Shown: positions 49,361 to 63,171, numbered from the stretch's first letter. The stretch: 64,000 nt of DNA from Tubulanus polymorphus (GCF_964204645.1 NC_134029.1:248001-312000); one strand, 5' to 3'. Made by a program: numbers and translations. Notes: generated from the sequence alone by a model not told the origin.

Positions 49361-52300
49361 ATGATGTTGACTGATTCACATCAGATGTTAGCTGTTATTT
49401 GTGCGGTGTTTTGTGGGTTGTCATCGTTAGGAGTCGATGCGAAAAGGTAAATTTATTGCTCTTTTGATGAAATACATGTATTTTGTTATGACTGAAGTGC
49501 CAGTGGATGGTGACACATGCCGCGCACTCAGATGCTTGTGGGGCGAAAAATTGATATACAGAAAATATATTTTTAGCGCGCGTTGATGCGCATTTTCTAT
49601 GTTGGTCTATTCTCAATGTTCAACTATAAATTGAATAATTGTTGTTTGTATTGATTTACTGTGACAAACCCCTTGTAATTATTAGATTTAGATATATTGT
49701 AATTTGTACTACAGATTATAAATAGATTGAATATTATCTAATAAAGGTAGAGACAATACTATCTGATTTCAATTAGAGAGAATAGGGTGTGGAGGCAATA
49801 ACCAGAAATAACTCTATAATTAATGGTAAGCTTATTGCTGAATTGCTAATGATGTATTATTATAACATTTTGTATATACCCAGAGACTAAGTTTATGAAG
49901 GGTGGATCCAAGGGACGATAATATTGTTGGATAAAAATCTGAAATAGGCATTTTGTTGAAAATTGCATTTTTTTTCATGTCAAAAATAGATTTTCCTTAT
50001 TCCAAATTCATTTTGTTGATAAAAACAAAACAAAAAATTCATTTATGAAAATACCTCATTAAACAGTTGTTCATTTGAAAGATATTAGCCAAAGCTTATG
50101 ACATTGATAAAAGATCTGATAAGGAAATTGTTTAGAACCAAACTGCGGGAATGGTTGTTATTGATCCACAGCATTCAGTTCCACAGTTAGAGTTAACTCT
50201 GAGTTGAAATAAGTTCATTTTCAATGCGTTAACTCCGAGTCAAATGTTAACTCACAACTGTGGAACTGGATCCAGGGGATTAGTTTCACTGTAAGAACTA
50301 GGACAGATAACTAGGAAACTGTGTCTTGATACTTTAGTCAGATATGATATATCCACTATGAAATTATCGTTATTTAATTATCAATTATATGGTTATCTAT
50401 GTACACGAGAAGAAACAATCATCTTACACGTCATTGTGTACAATTGTGAAATTGTTCACACGTCTTATCCATAGTGTAAAATGAGAAATTCATCTTGTGT
50501 ATTAAAGATAGCATGTAGTTTTGGAACCTGATTATGATTGCAAGGGAGTATTTTGTGTCTAGAATTTCTATGGGTCATGAAGTCGTGATGATATAGAATG
50601 AATGGAGTTGACACGTGTGACTTGACGAAGAGTTCTTACTTGCTGAACCTTCAGGATACAATCATGTATAGAATTCTTTCAGTAATATTGAATAACTTAT
50701 TTTTAAGTTCTCTCCCTCTCTCAAACCCTGAGGAAAAACAGGATTCCTTAAAATCAATGGTTTATTATTCTTATATCCAGGCGACATCATGAATATGAAT
50801 CAATTGAATTCTGGAAAATAAACTGCGCAATAATGATGTATAATGTGGTAATTATAAAGTAATGATACATGATTATCATTTAGAACTCAGGAATCTGGTG
50901 CCTGGGTGCCCCGGGGCGTGAGTGCCAATGTCTGAAAAGAAGGTCTAAAAAAAACGTTAGTTCTCAGTGAAGAGTCAAATTAGTTCTTTTTTGATAGAAT
51001 GTCCCACTCCCCGTGGAACAGGACAATCCCCTCCCCGTGGAACAGGACAATCCCCTCCCCGTGGAACTGGACCCAGTCCAACAAATTACAGTGTTTGGTA
51101 CATATTTGTGAATGGATTGATGTGTGGACGATCAGTGATCAAATCATTTTGAATCTCTTCACTTTCCCTATGGATTGTTTCATAAAGTCTAGTTATTTAC
51201 AGATTTATTGCAGGAATGTTTGACATTATTTGAATTAAATGTGACCGGTCACATAAAGGTTCATGAATCGAACAGTTTGTCTGTGTTTGACAACCAAACG
51301 ACCACACCTAAATCAGGTGACACGTCTCAACACCTCAGAACCCGGTTACACATTTCTCTCGTTAAAATCTGACTCCAATATTTATGAAATCAATGGAAAT
51401 AAACTGATTTCAATTCTCAATAGAATCTAACTCAGATCTGTGGCGAGTTCTGGATGAATGATTGAGTCAAGAACACTATATTTAAACTTAACCTTTGTGA
51501 AAATCATTTCTCAACTGAATAGATTTATAATTTGGTAATGCATGTATAAGACATCCAATTGATACGTGTAATATAGCTATACACTGATTTATCTGTTTGT
51601 ATGAGTTAATAGTGAAATTTACAGGGGTGTAGCCATTGGTGTGGCAACTGTCACGTGTCGCATAAATAATTGAATAACTATCATCATAATAAATGTTCAA
51701 GGGGGCCGATGACTGACAACCAGACAACCCTGACATCGGTAACTGTTCATCCTGAACTGTCTGCCCTACTACATGTACACCTTTAACTTCCTGCCGATTG
51801 TTTTATATCCATCGCTAGCCCGCGCTGCCATTCTCAATCCGGACAAATATTTCCCCTGAATGAAAAACAATAATCTAATAATTAATGATCATTCATTTAT
51901 TACGTACGCATAAAATTTGAATTTTTCAACCCCCCTCCCCCTCTGTACGCAAAATCGACCATTGCACCGACCCCTCCCCCTCACCTAATTCGTATGAAAT
52001 AAATGAATGACCCCTAATGATCATTAATTCTGTTGGTTTGTGATATCAAAACATCTGGAATTGCCCAGACCAAAACTTTGTGTTTATTAATCAACTTTCT
52101 TATGGCCTCCAGAATGTATCAAAGACTGCATTGAATTTTCATGTGGGCCTTTGACACTCTATTTCCGGAAAATATGTCGCACCAATGAATTATTGAAATA
52201 TATGGTTTGTGTTTTTCAGTGGATTTATGATGACAGCTCCTCACACATTTACCGAACAGAAAACTGAACAACTATGTTTTACATTTAAAGATGTGAATTC

Positions 52301-55300
52301 TGATGTTACTGTTAAAGTAACGCTGCAAGCTAATCAAAATGAGGTTGCAACTGTCAGTTATAATCTCATACAGGGTAAATAATAAATATATCTTCTTTCT
52401 TTTTAATCACTTATTCATAGAGACAAGAAAATAAATCCTTTTTTGCCTGAACATCAGTAACAATCAGTAACAGGAATTATATTGATATTTGAATATCAGT
52501 AGGGATGGATCCAATAGGAGGAACCTACCAATAGTTAGATTTCATTTTTGATTAGTGGAATCAACAGAGTGAAATCTAATCCATAAAACAACGTCCCAGA
52601 TTTACTGTTAAGAAGATTAAATCTAGAATTTATAGTTATTTTGCTATAGCAGTAATGAATAAATTATTTTGTATCGCGATTTGATTTCAGGTAATTTAGA
52701 CACCTGTAAAGGCTTTCTAGTACCACAAGTGACAGATTCAAAGATCAAGAACCACTTTACGTTGAAAGTAACAGTAACTACAGTTAGTGGATACACGTTT
52801 GAAAAAACGGCTCAATTGAAGGAAATTCGTAAAGCGGAACGGCTTATATTCATACAGACTGATAAAAACATGTATAAACCTGGACAAACAGGTAAATATT
52901 GTAATAATCCTTGCTATCAATCTGAAGAGATTAACAGCTTATCCTTGCCATCAATCTGAAGAGATTAATGGCTAATCCTTGATAATCCATTGAATTTATT
53001 TTCATATTTTCAGTGAAATTCCGAATTTTATCAACCGATCCTAGAGCTCTGACGCCTATCACCGATCCGGTAAGTTTAAAATGATATTGGTTTCATCTTA
53101 CTGAAATCAGGGCCGGCAGATTTAGAAGAGGATTGTGCGTTTCTGAAACCCCGGCCCGGCTGCCTTGCTATTGAAGTTGCCTTTTCATCAAAACATCAAG
53201 AGATTGTTGAAACCTGTACATCTGACTATAAACTTTTCAGTGGAAATGGCCGTCACTGGGGGAACCCCGCTCATGGCCATCACTGGGGGAACCCCGCTCA
53301 TGGCCATCACTGGGGGAACTTCGCTCATGGCCATCACTGGCTCCCTCCTTTGTATTTAGGAGCCCAGTGTTCTTTAGCTCGGCTGTGAAAGAAGTTCTAA
53401 TTTTCCTATATCCTATAATTGAATCATTCAGCATTAATACAAATAAGGGGGCTGTCCCTAACTGTTCATTTCAAATATGAATTCCAGATACAAGAAGTTT
53501 TCATAAAGGATCCCAATGGCAACAGAGTTCGACAATGGAAGAATGTAGTTACGCAAGACGGTTTGGGAGATTTTGAATTTTTGCTTTCGGAAGATCCGTT
53601 TCTGGGAACGTGGCAGATTCACATGAAACAAGGCTCTCAATTGAGAAAAGAGGAATTTGTGGTGAAAGAATATGGTAATAACAATTAATAATAGTTCATT
53701 GAAAATACAGTGAAACTACTGAGTTTATGTCAATGACTTATGGTATCCAATTGATGATTAACAGTGTTTTCAATAAGAAATTAACAAGCCAGGTCTCTTT
53801 AAAAAACAGGAGGGTCCCATAATATGTCACAGTCCCTGAAACGAAAGCTTGTTTGGAAAACAGGCGGGTCCTTTAGAAACGACAGACGGGTCTGGGACCC
53901 GGGACCTGGCTCTTATTGAAAACACTGCTGATTTACACTTCTGGAAATTGAATTGTAAATACACATCGAGATTCACAAATAGAGATGACTTCATGCGATG
54001 GGCATGTCTTTGGATATGTTCCCAAACTATTCATATTACTGAAACTGTATCTGTAACTGTAACTGTAATTGTAATTAGATCTGTAATTGTAATTCTAACA
54101 AACTGTGATTGTTGGAGTAACTGCTTAGCACTGATTATTTTTTAGTTCTCCCAAAATTTGAAGTCACTCTGACAACACCATCTTACATTCTTGCTTCTGA
54201 TAAGATGATTTCCGGAAAAGTTTGCGCAAAGTAAGAACGCGATTTAAAATCGTTTTGGAGATGAAAAATTCTGATTTAATTCACGTTTGTGTTTATCCAC
54301 TGTAGGTACACGTATGGTAAATCTGTATCTGGTGCCGTTAAAATAACAGTTCAACGGGAAAATACTGTTTCTAAATCAAAACCATTTGAAATTACAAAAC
54401 TGGTAAGAATTGAATGATATCTTGAGGAAGACCCTGAATACTTATAGTAAAACTAAGGCATCTGATGAATGAATTTATGTTATTCAGATCAATGATTGTG
54501 TAGATTTTACTGTATCTACATCATCAATAGAAACGTCTGTCGGTTATTGGCCGTATATATCCATTACAGCAGATGTCACTGAAACTGCTACAGGTAAATA
54601 AAGATCACAATCTGATTGGTTAACCATAGATCAGACCTTTCAGAACCCAGTTCAACAGTTGTGTGGGTATAATTTGAGTCTGGATCCAGTTCCACAGTTG
54701 TGTGTGGGTTTAATTCTATTTTGGACCTAGTTCCACAGTTGTGTGGATTTAATTCTACTCTGGGCCTAGTTCCACAGTTGTGTGGGTTTAATTCTACTCT
54801 GGGTCTAGTTCCACAGTTGTGTGGATTTAATTCTACTCTGGGCCTAGTTCCACAGTTGTGTGGGTTTGATATTACTATGGATCTAGTTCCACTTTGATTT
54901 TACATTAGCCCTGTAATAAATCAATAACTAAATATTTTCAGGTGTAATTCTTAATGATACGATGACAATCGCTATGAAGAACCAAAGATACGGAGACTTG
55001 ATTAAGAAATATATTCCCGGTTATTTTAAACCTGGTTTACCATACTCCGCTAAAGTATTTCATTTCAATCATCGTCAATTTGACTTTCATCCGTTTAAAA
55101 ACTTAATGATTGTTATCTCTAATGTAATATTGTTTTAGGGTATTTTGACGCTACCAGATGGCGCTCCTGCTCCGTTGAAGACAATTCAAGTGACGGTTAA
55201 AGATAAGGAGAATGTGATTATGGACAAACCAGTTTTAACCGATAAAGAGGGCGCTTTCTTCATTAATATTGCAAAGACGGAACAAAAATGGAAGAAACTA

Positions 55301-58300
55301 GAAATTGTTGTAAGTGTAATAAACCAGGACCCAGTTCCACAGTTCTGAGTTAACATTTGACTCTGAGTTAAAAAGTTAGAAAAAAACTGATTTTAACTCA
55401 AACTCACGACCGTGGAACTGGATCCAAAGTTATTTCTTAATGAAAGTTATCTTTACTTATTAGTAAGCAATATTTTGATGCTTTTACCTAAACTTTTCTG
55501 TTACAGATTAAAGTAGATGAGACAAAAGATTCAGGTTTAACAAGTTATTGGAAAAATATCTACGTACAGAACTGGTTTTCCTCGACTGGATTCGCTATTG
55601 AAATCATGGATATTGAGAATACAATGAAATGTGGTCAGACATATCCTATAAATATCACTTATACAACTCATAGTGATTCAAAAATGAAGTTTTATTATCA
55701 GGTAATTTGATATTCAACTCGTTTATGTAACAGTGAAACTCGCTGCTGAAGTCATCCATTGACAACTCATATAAATGATGACTCAAACACTGAGTAAATT
55801 GAATTAGAAAAACAAATTGAAACTAAAATATTGAGATGACCTCAGTAGTGTGACGACTTTCAAAAAGTGAGATGACTTCAGTGATGTGATGACTTATCAG
55901 ATGACAAATTAACAGAGTCTGACCGTTATAATAGATGTTGATTTTGTCGCAAAGTTGTTGATATTTTTTCAAATGTGTGAAAATGTATTATTTTCTATTT
56001 TCAGATGTGGAATAAACTGGGTGAAATGGCTGATAATAAAGTGCTGGAGGTTCATTATCCGAAACAGGCGAATGCACCAACGACTGTACCGACTAAACCA
56101 ACATATATAAATAACTTTCAAGTTGATGTAAGTCTCCAGGACCCAGTTCCACAGTTCAGGACCCAGTTCCACAAGTTCTGAAATCAGTTCCACTATTCTG
56201 AACCCAGTTCCACAGTGTCTGAACCCAGTTCCACAATTCTGAACCCAGTTCCACAATGTCTGAACCTAGTTCCACAGTGTCTGAACCCAGTTCCACAGTT
56301 CTGAACCCAGTTCCACAATTCTGAACCCAGTTCCACAGTGTCTGAACCTAGTTTTCCAACAAATGTTTCCTCAAAGTCAAGTGTAGGATTTTATATTGTC
56401 ATTCAACAAGGACTCGGCGTGTTTCATGAATGGTTAAATCATGGACTCTATAACAAACCAGTGGATTAGTTGACATAGACTGCAGCCCCTGAACTGTAGA
56501 ACTACCTGGAAGGTCGTGAATGTAGGATGCTACTGTTACTGTTTAACTGCTATATTTCTGTATTGTTTCAGGCGAATGTAAAAGCAGTGATTTCAGGAGG
56601 AGCTCGTGTTCTAGTTTATACAATTCTGACCGATGGAACTGTAATTAGCGCCAGTCGGGAATTTCTCGTTGGTCCATGTTTTGAGAATCAGGTAAATATG
56701 AAAAAATAAGTTTCAGAAGGAGCATTTATCACGGTGGCGCCACTTACTTGGAAATTAGGGAAAAGTCAGGTATTTTTCTTTTCCTAAAAAAGGTCAGGGA
56801 ATAGTGGAGGGAATTTTGTAAAAAAGATGTTAAAAATCAGGGAAAAGTTGTGGAAATATGTTAAGATTGCATGATATTAATATCAAACACAGTTTTCATC
56901 TATGTGTTACGTATTTGACTGTGTTTATTGATTGAATTCTTAGCAGATGAAGTCAGGGAAAACAACGTGCATGTCAGAGAATAGTCAGGGAAAAGCAAGT
57001 CAAGTAAAATTGGCCACTCTGATATCTTAAATATAACAATGGTCTTTAACGCTGTGATTTGTTGAACAGGTTTCGATGAAATTCAGTAAAGAGGAAGTTT
57101 TTCCAGGAGAACAAGTTGATATTGTGTTAACAGCTAAACCCGGATCATGGTGCAGTGTAGCTGCTGTTGATAAGAGCATGTATTTGATGCAGGACAGTAA
57201 ATATTTAACACAGGAGCAGGTCTGTTGATTTTATATGTCTGCCTCGTTCCTTCCTCACCAGGGATTCGAACCTGATGGCATCGTGAGACTCTGCCACGTC
57301 CCTCCCTCGCAGGGATTGAACCTGATGGCATCGTGAAACTCTGCCACGTTCCTCCCTCGCCAGGGATTGAACCTGATAGCATCGTGAAACTCTGCCACAT
57401 TCCTCCCTCGCCAGGGATTAAACCTGATAGCATCGTGAAACTCTGCCACGTTCCTCCCTCGCCAGGGATTGAACCTGATGGCATCGTGAAACTCTGTCAC
57501 GTTCCTCCCTCGCCAGGGATTGAACCTGATGGCATCGTGAAACTCTGCCACGTTCCTCCCTCGCCAGGGATTGAACCTGATAGCATCGTGAAACTCTGCC
57601 ACGTTCCTCCCTCGCCAGGGATTGAACCTGATGGCATCGTGAAACTCTGTCACGTTCCTCCCCCGCCAGGGATTGAACCTGATGGCATCGTGAGACTCTG
57701 TCACGTTCCTCCCTCGCCAGGGATTGAACCTGATGGCATCGCGAGACTCTGTCACATTCCTTCCTCAGCAGTTCATGCAGATTGGACAGGTTAGCGGTCT
57801 GTTTGGGCAGGGTTTGTGTTTTTGTGACATAGTCTTTTTACCAATCAAGTTCAAAATGCTGCCAACCATACCCAACCAAACCGCACAGCTTGAAATGAAT
57901 GAATTTGTTCATACGCTAAAATGTCTATAAATATTGTAAGTTTGTTTGTATTTGTAGGTTGTTTCATATTTGGATCAATTCTCTCTGGATAACGATAAAC
58001 AAAATAGTATCGCGCTACCCTGTAAACATGATAATAAAGGTACCGGTATTCCAAGTATTCCAGGTATTCCTGGTATTGGTGGTGGTGGTGGTGGTGGTGG
58101 TATTGGTGGTTTCATTCCTGGTTTGTATCTGTTTTATAGAAATGGTGAATATAATGAAATGAATAGAAAGATCTGAATAATGATTATCTTGTTTTATTTT
58201 TTTAGGTAGAAATAAACGTACAGTACTAATTAACAACATTTCATACGTGTATTTAGATGCTAGCTCTGCATTCAAAGTAAGATTTGGTTTTCTATCTCTC

Positions 58301-61300
58301 GTTAATCAGGTTCCAGTTCCAAAGTTCTGGGTTAAGTTCGAATTGAAATATAAGTTTATTTTCAATGTTTCAACCTTTGAGTTAATGGAACTGGAAACTG
58401 ATGTAAACTAGTGACAATGCGGTCAGTTAATCATCTCATAAATACTGGTACCATGTTTGAAATAGATGTCGGTTATCTTCATGGTGACATTGCCCAACCC
58501 TTCCAGCAAAATACTATTGGTTATTTTGTTGTAAATAGTTGAGGAGACTAGTGTTGCTATCTTGAGTTCAGACCATTTTGCAGATGAATATGATAAGAGA
58601 AACCCAAAAATCTCTGAGGATGGGTAAAAGTACGTCAGTGAAAAAATAATTAACAGTTTTATTGAATCGATATTATGGGTTTCTTGTATGGTTATTTTGT
58701 CTTGGGATGCTTTGAAGAATATTGAACACGCTAATGATACCTTGAGAGCTGCTTAATATTGAGCGCTGGAACCAGTCCAACAGTTGAGTTAAATTTGATT
58801 AAAGCGTCAGCGATTGAATATAAAGTAACTTGAACTGTGGAACCAGATCTTTGATTTCATGTGTTATTACACTATAGCTATATGCCTGTTATGCAATGCA
58901 CTGGGTTTGAATTTTCCCAGATTTTTCAAATATTAGCGCCAGCATTTTGATTTATGAAACTGTCAGCACTGGAAGGGTAAATTTTGAAGAGTAAATATCG
59001 GTTTTTGTTTGAAACAAGATTTCATTACGAGTATATGAAAATATGTAGAACCAGAATAAAAAATCCCAGAGAATGCGTATTTGTGTAGGCTAATGGTTTG
59101 ATATGGCTGAGTGATTTGTCTACAAGTTGCAGTCGAAAGAAGATTAGAACTCATTCACAAAAACCAAAAGTGCCCAAACCGAGTGAGGAGCTAGGTAACT
59201 AAGTATCAGTGTTTATACTTCACTTTGACACATGTTTATTGTCTGTACTATGTAGGAATCTGGACTGATTTTTATCAGTGATTTTGTTGTTATTACACGA
59301 CCATGTGATACGTCTGGTTGGAATAATCCTGAATTTGGAATATTAGAAGATGGTGTAGCGATGAGGAACCCGCAAGCAGGTAAAATCATCTTAGACGCTG
59401 AGAGTTGTGCTTGTAGTTAGAGTCATATAAATCACTCCAGCTTAGCCTACGTTTCACATGTACGCACTACTAATCTCACTGTGAGTTTAAATACAACCAA
59501 CTTCATTTTAGTGACTAATGAAATTCATTCGGCTAATGTACTGATTGTCAGCAGACCAGGTTGCCATGATTAGTTAAATATAATTTCTATCCTTGCATGC
59601 AACTATAGACATAGTGAAGTTAAGCAGTGGTGAGTGAAGTCTTAATCCTGACTGGTCCTTAAATTGACCAAAGACCCAGCATGAGCTTAGACTAGTCTTT
59701 TTTTTTAGATTGGCTACAGAACCCAAAGGAGTTCAGACTATTCTCTTAAATTGTTAGATTGGTTATAGAACCAACTTGAGTTCAGACTTTTCTTAAATTG
59801 TTTGATTTTTTTACAAAATTGTTTGATTTTTTTATTGAACCAAAATGATGAGCTTAGACTGTTTTAAGTTGTTAGATTGGTTATAGAACCAAAATGAGCT
59901 TTAGACTAATCTCAAATCTAAGCCTTCGCTGTGTAACTGGGCCGAGGATTTCAGACTCGGTATTAAGTATTGGTTTGTATGTGTATAATCTATCAATGTT
60001 TGTATCTACAAATAAGTGTTTAATGTTTTAGAAATTTCAATTGACTTTAGTGATGTTGCTTTGCGATATAATGGTGTATTGGTGTAAGATGTGCCTGTGT
60101 GTTATTTTACAGCTAAACCTTGTTATTTTAGAATTCACAGTTTGGGTATTAACCTACTTGAAGATACAGCAGACTTTACTGCATTAGAGAAAATTCTATG
60201 AGAAGAAAATGTTCTTGAATTGAGTGAATGATTTTGTATTTTAGGCGCCGGTTCTTCTAAGAAAACAAACACGATAGCTCCGAATGCTGATATTGTGACC
60301 CAACAAGTTCGTACATATTTCCCTGAATCATGGTTATGGGACTTAACTAAAGTGGTGTAAGTTTTTCAATCTTAAACACCAGTTAACCCTTTCAGTGCTG
60401 ACTAATTAATACCCTATAGTGCTGGAGATAATTTGAAAATTTTGAAAAATTCAACCCTAGTGTGTTGAATAATGGGAATACCACTATAGTGTGTCTACAC
60501 CGCGGCGCGGTGTATCGTTAGTTACTAATATTTCTCTATGTTTGACAGGTGCTACCATCATTCAATAGAGATAAAAACTAAATACTAATTCAATACACCG
60601 CAATGCGATGTACTAGCAAAATCCATCATCGATTCATACACCGCACTGAAAGGGTTAAACTGTTTTTTCAATGATTTGATAGTTGTTAATCTGTTGTTTT
60701 TACAGATCTGACTCTAAAACGTTACAGTCTAAAGCACCTGATACAATTACTGAATGGATTGGGAATTCTTTCTGTACAAACCCGACGTCGGGACTCGGCG
60801 TTTCACACAACACTAAACTGAAAACATTCAAACCTTTCTTCGCTTCATTCACGTTACCGTACTCCGTCATTCGTGGTGAAAAAGTCAATATCTTAGTAAC
60901 GGTGTTTAATTATCTAACCGAATGTCTTGTTGTAAGTATCGTTATGGCAACCGTTTTGAATCATTTGAATGTATTGATATTTGAATAATTTATAAGTATA
61001 TTTTATGTATAGATTGAAGTGAATTTAGGATCATCGACAGATTTCAGCGTAGAATCAGGAGGAACCAGTGTTATTTGCGTCTGCGCGAATCAACAGAGAT
61101 CGGTCTCTTATTGGATAGTTCCAAAAACGCTCGGTCGTGTCAAAATATCATTTACGGTAGGTTCCACATGAGTGGTTAACGACTAATAACCTGGATCGAT
61201 CGTTCACAGGAGCTTGACAGCAAACAAACAAACCACTTTCACGACTGGGTGAAGATATGAGTTCACTGAGATAAAGCCCACTGTATTTTTTAGTCGACAA

Positions 61301-63082
61301 CTATTTTTGGGGACAACATAAGATGAGAAACAAGTTCTCAAAGACTCTTTACCGAAACTGTCTTCTAGATGATTGGTCCAATTTGATTCTTTATGATAGA
61401 GAAAATAGGGATCTATTTCAAATATAAGGACCCAGTTCCACTGTTGTGAGTTAAGGTTGACTTATTGAGAATTTAGGGACAAATTTAACTATGAAATGTG
61501 GAACTGGATCCAAGGATTAGTGGTTCTCATTGAATTAATAGAGAGTTCTATTTTCAGGCAACATCCACCGGTAAATCAGGTATCTGTAGTAACGAAATAC
61601 CGATCAAACAAGTAACTGGTAACGGAGCTTTCGATGCTGTCGAACGATTTCTATTAGTCGAGGTAAAACTCAATTTTAAGAGAAAATGTTTTCAGAAAAC
61701 TTTTCAGATCTATGAAGATCGGAAGGGTTTGGGTCTAGACCCCCAAACCACCCCCTTGATACACCCCTCCTTAGCACGATAACCACCGCTATATTCATTC
61801 TGTAATGAGTTTATTTTTAGCCTGAAGGAATCGAGCAGTTTTACTCAGAAAGTTCACTGATCTGCCTCGGTGAGAGATTCTTACTGCTTTTTGCGAGTTC
61901 ATCTGAGGCATTTTGAAATGATATATAATTTTGATATGTTTTTGTGAACAGATGCGCAGAGTACTAGTTACAGTAGTAAAATCACGATGCCTACACCGAA
62001 GAATATGGTTGTTGACTCTGATGCGGCTGAGGTTACAGTTGTCGGTACGTTTTTTGTTCTCGTGAAGCCACAGTTTGGAACATCCCGAGCCAAACATCAC
62101 AATATCCTAGAACATCTTTCTCCTTTATGAGGTCCAATTGTTAACAAGGTGCTTCTAGTTAACTGAATGGATTACTGAAATAGTGACAATTTATAGGTGC
62201 ATTTTCATCAGGATCCAGTTCCACAGTTCCGAGTTAAGACTTGACTCTGAATTAAAACATTGAAAATGAACTGATTTTAACTTTTTGAGTTAACTCTTAC
62301 TCACAACTGTGGAACTGGATCCTGATGGTTAACTTTGACCAACTGACCTGTGGGCCCAGTTTAATAGACTGGTATTAACTCAATTCATTATCAATTCACC
62401 CTGGAGTTGAAGTTAAATAAATCCGGTTTATAAATCCATCCCAGGTATTTCAATTTCCTGATAAACAGGATGGATTTGTGTGAATTACGGAGATTGTTTG
62501 TATTTTATTTTCTAAGGTGATGTAATGGGACCGGCATTATCGGGACTGGATAGATTAGTGAGGATGCCAACCGGTTGCGGTGAACAAAACATGATAACAT
62601 TAGTACCTAGTATATACGTGTTGAATTATCTCACGGCCATCAACCAGTTAGAACCAAAATTACAACAAAAAGCATTGTCTTATATGAATATTGGTGAGTA
62701 TAGTCGAGAGTTTGTTGACTATCAGACTCTAGTTTCACAGCTCTGGTTTTATGAGAAGCCAAGGTTTGGCCAATAAGGAAAAGATGACATTGATAATGAT
62801 AATTGAATTGTGCCAGAATGTGATGTATATACCTGTATGTATCCATTGTTTTATTTAATTCATTGTTCAGGATATCAACGAGAATTGAATTATCGCCATG
62901 ACGATGGGTCGTTTAGCGCGTTCGGTAAATCGGATGCGTCCGGGAGTATGTGGCTGTCGGCGTTTGTAGTGAAATCATTCGGGCAATCGATGAAATATAT
63001 TACTATCGATCAGGAGAAACTCAATGAAACAATTCAATGGATTATATCTAAACAGACGACGAGTGATGGCTGTTTCCTGAAG
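49361..63082 (+). CDS. Alpha-2-macroglobulin-like thioester-containing protein (A2M/TEP family), 5' portion; gene continues beyond the window
   Basis: Signal-peptide exon 49361-49446, then approximately 52220-52374, 52691-52891, 53014-53069, 53488-53674, 54145-54230, 54307-54402, 54488-54593, 54942-55053, 55139-55309, 55507-55701, 56005-56127, 56572-56691, 57070-57219, 57958-58120, 58206-58276, 59256-59379, 60245-60356, 60706-60931, 61013-61156, 61558-61662, 61821-61869, 61952-62044, 62517-62693, 62871-63082. Motifs FIQTDK.MYKPGQTVKFR, EYVLPKFEV, AVDKS, VRTYFPESWLW, PDTITEW, FTLPYSVIRGE, PTGCGEQNM (GCGEQ at 62573-62587), GYQRELNYRHDDGSFSAFG. Confidence 0.92.
50175..50274. mobile_element. Harbinger-like MITE copy (TIR ggatccagttccacagtt)
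   Basis: cagttccacagtt...aactgtggaactggatcc; same family as 55327, 58308, 58768, 61428 and 62211. Confidence 0.7.
51886..52014. mobile_element. PIF/Harbinger-like MITE (tcattcatttattacgtacg...cgtatgaaataaatgaatgacccc) with TWA flanks
   Basis: Imperfect TIRs, internal CCCCTCCCC motifs, TAA/TTA at both ends. Confidence 0.7.
53762..53927. mobile_element. hAT-like MITE with perfect 17-bp TIRs (CAGTGTTTTCAATAAGA)
   Basis: Exact TIRs; 8-bp flanks atgattaa/ctgattta match at 6/8, consistent with a decayed 8-bp TSD. Confidence 0.72.
54645..54893. repeat. 39-bp minisatellite built from the MITE terminus (ctagttccacagttgtgtgggtttaattctactctgg)
   Basis: Visible tandem repeat. Confidence 0.88.
55327..55405. 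mobile_element. Harbinger-like MITE copy
   Basis: ggacccagttccacagtt...accgtggaactggatcc; end coordinate approximate. Confidence 0.7.
56139..56352. repeat. ~21-bp minisatellite built from the MITE terminus (gaacccagttccacagtgtct)
   Basis: Tandem repeat starting 11 nt after the donor at 56128. Confidence 0.88.
57240..57767. repeat. 51-bp minisatellite (ccagggattgaacctgatggcatcgtgaaactctgccacgttcctccctcg), ~10 copies
   Basis: Visible tandem repeat; source of the 17-aa repeat ORFs at 57134-57794; the first copy carries gggattcgaacc (reverse B-box-like). Confidence 0.93.
60387..60654. mobile_element. piggyBac-type MITE, 268 bp
   Basis: TTAA (60383-60386) + CCCTTTCAGTGC ... GCACTGAAAGGG + TTAA (60655-60658): canonical piggyBac TSD and CCC/GGG ends. 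Confidence 0.9.
62211..62322. mobile_element. Best-preserved Harbinger-like MITE copy (TIR ggatccagttccacagtt)
   Basis: Perfect 18-bp TIRs, extended further by tca/tga flanks. Confidence 0.82.
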
Positions 63083-63171
63083 GTACGTGTAAAACCACAA
63101 CTATAACAATAGTATATTACAGCACTTCAACCTCATCAGGTATGAGAGAAATTCTGACTCCAGTCAAATTG

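Noticed and set aside
57240-57767. Tandem minimal hammerheads (ctgatggcatcgtgaaac)
   Set aside because: A9 is replaced, stem II does not pair, and no NUH lies in register with the gaac/gttc stem I.
465-57794. Repetitive ORFs (465-821, 760-1023, 8008-8354, 14457-15278, 26898-27086, 30716-30928, 41303-41642, 54700-54897, 55969-56256, 57134-57794)
   Set aside because: Each is a translation of a minisatellite with no domain signature or splice support.
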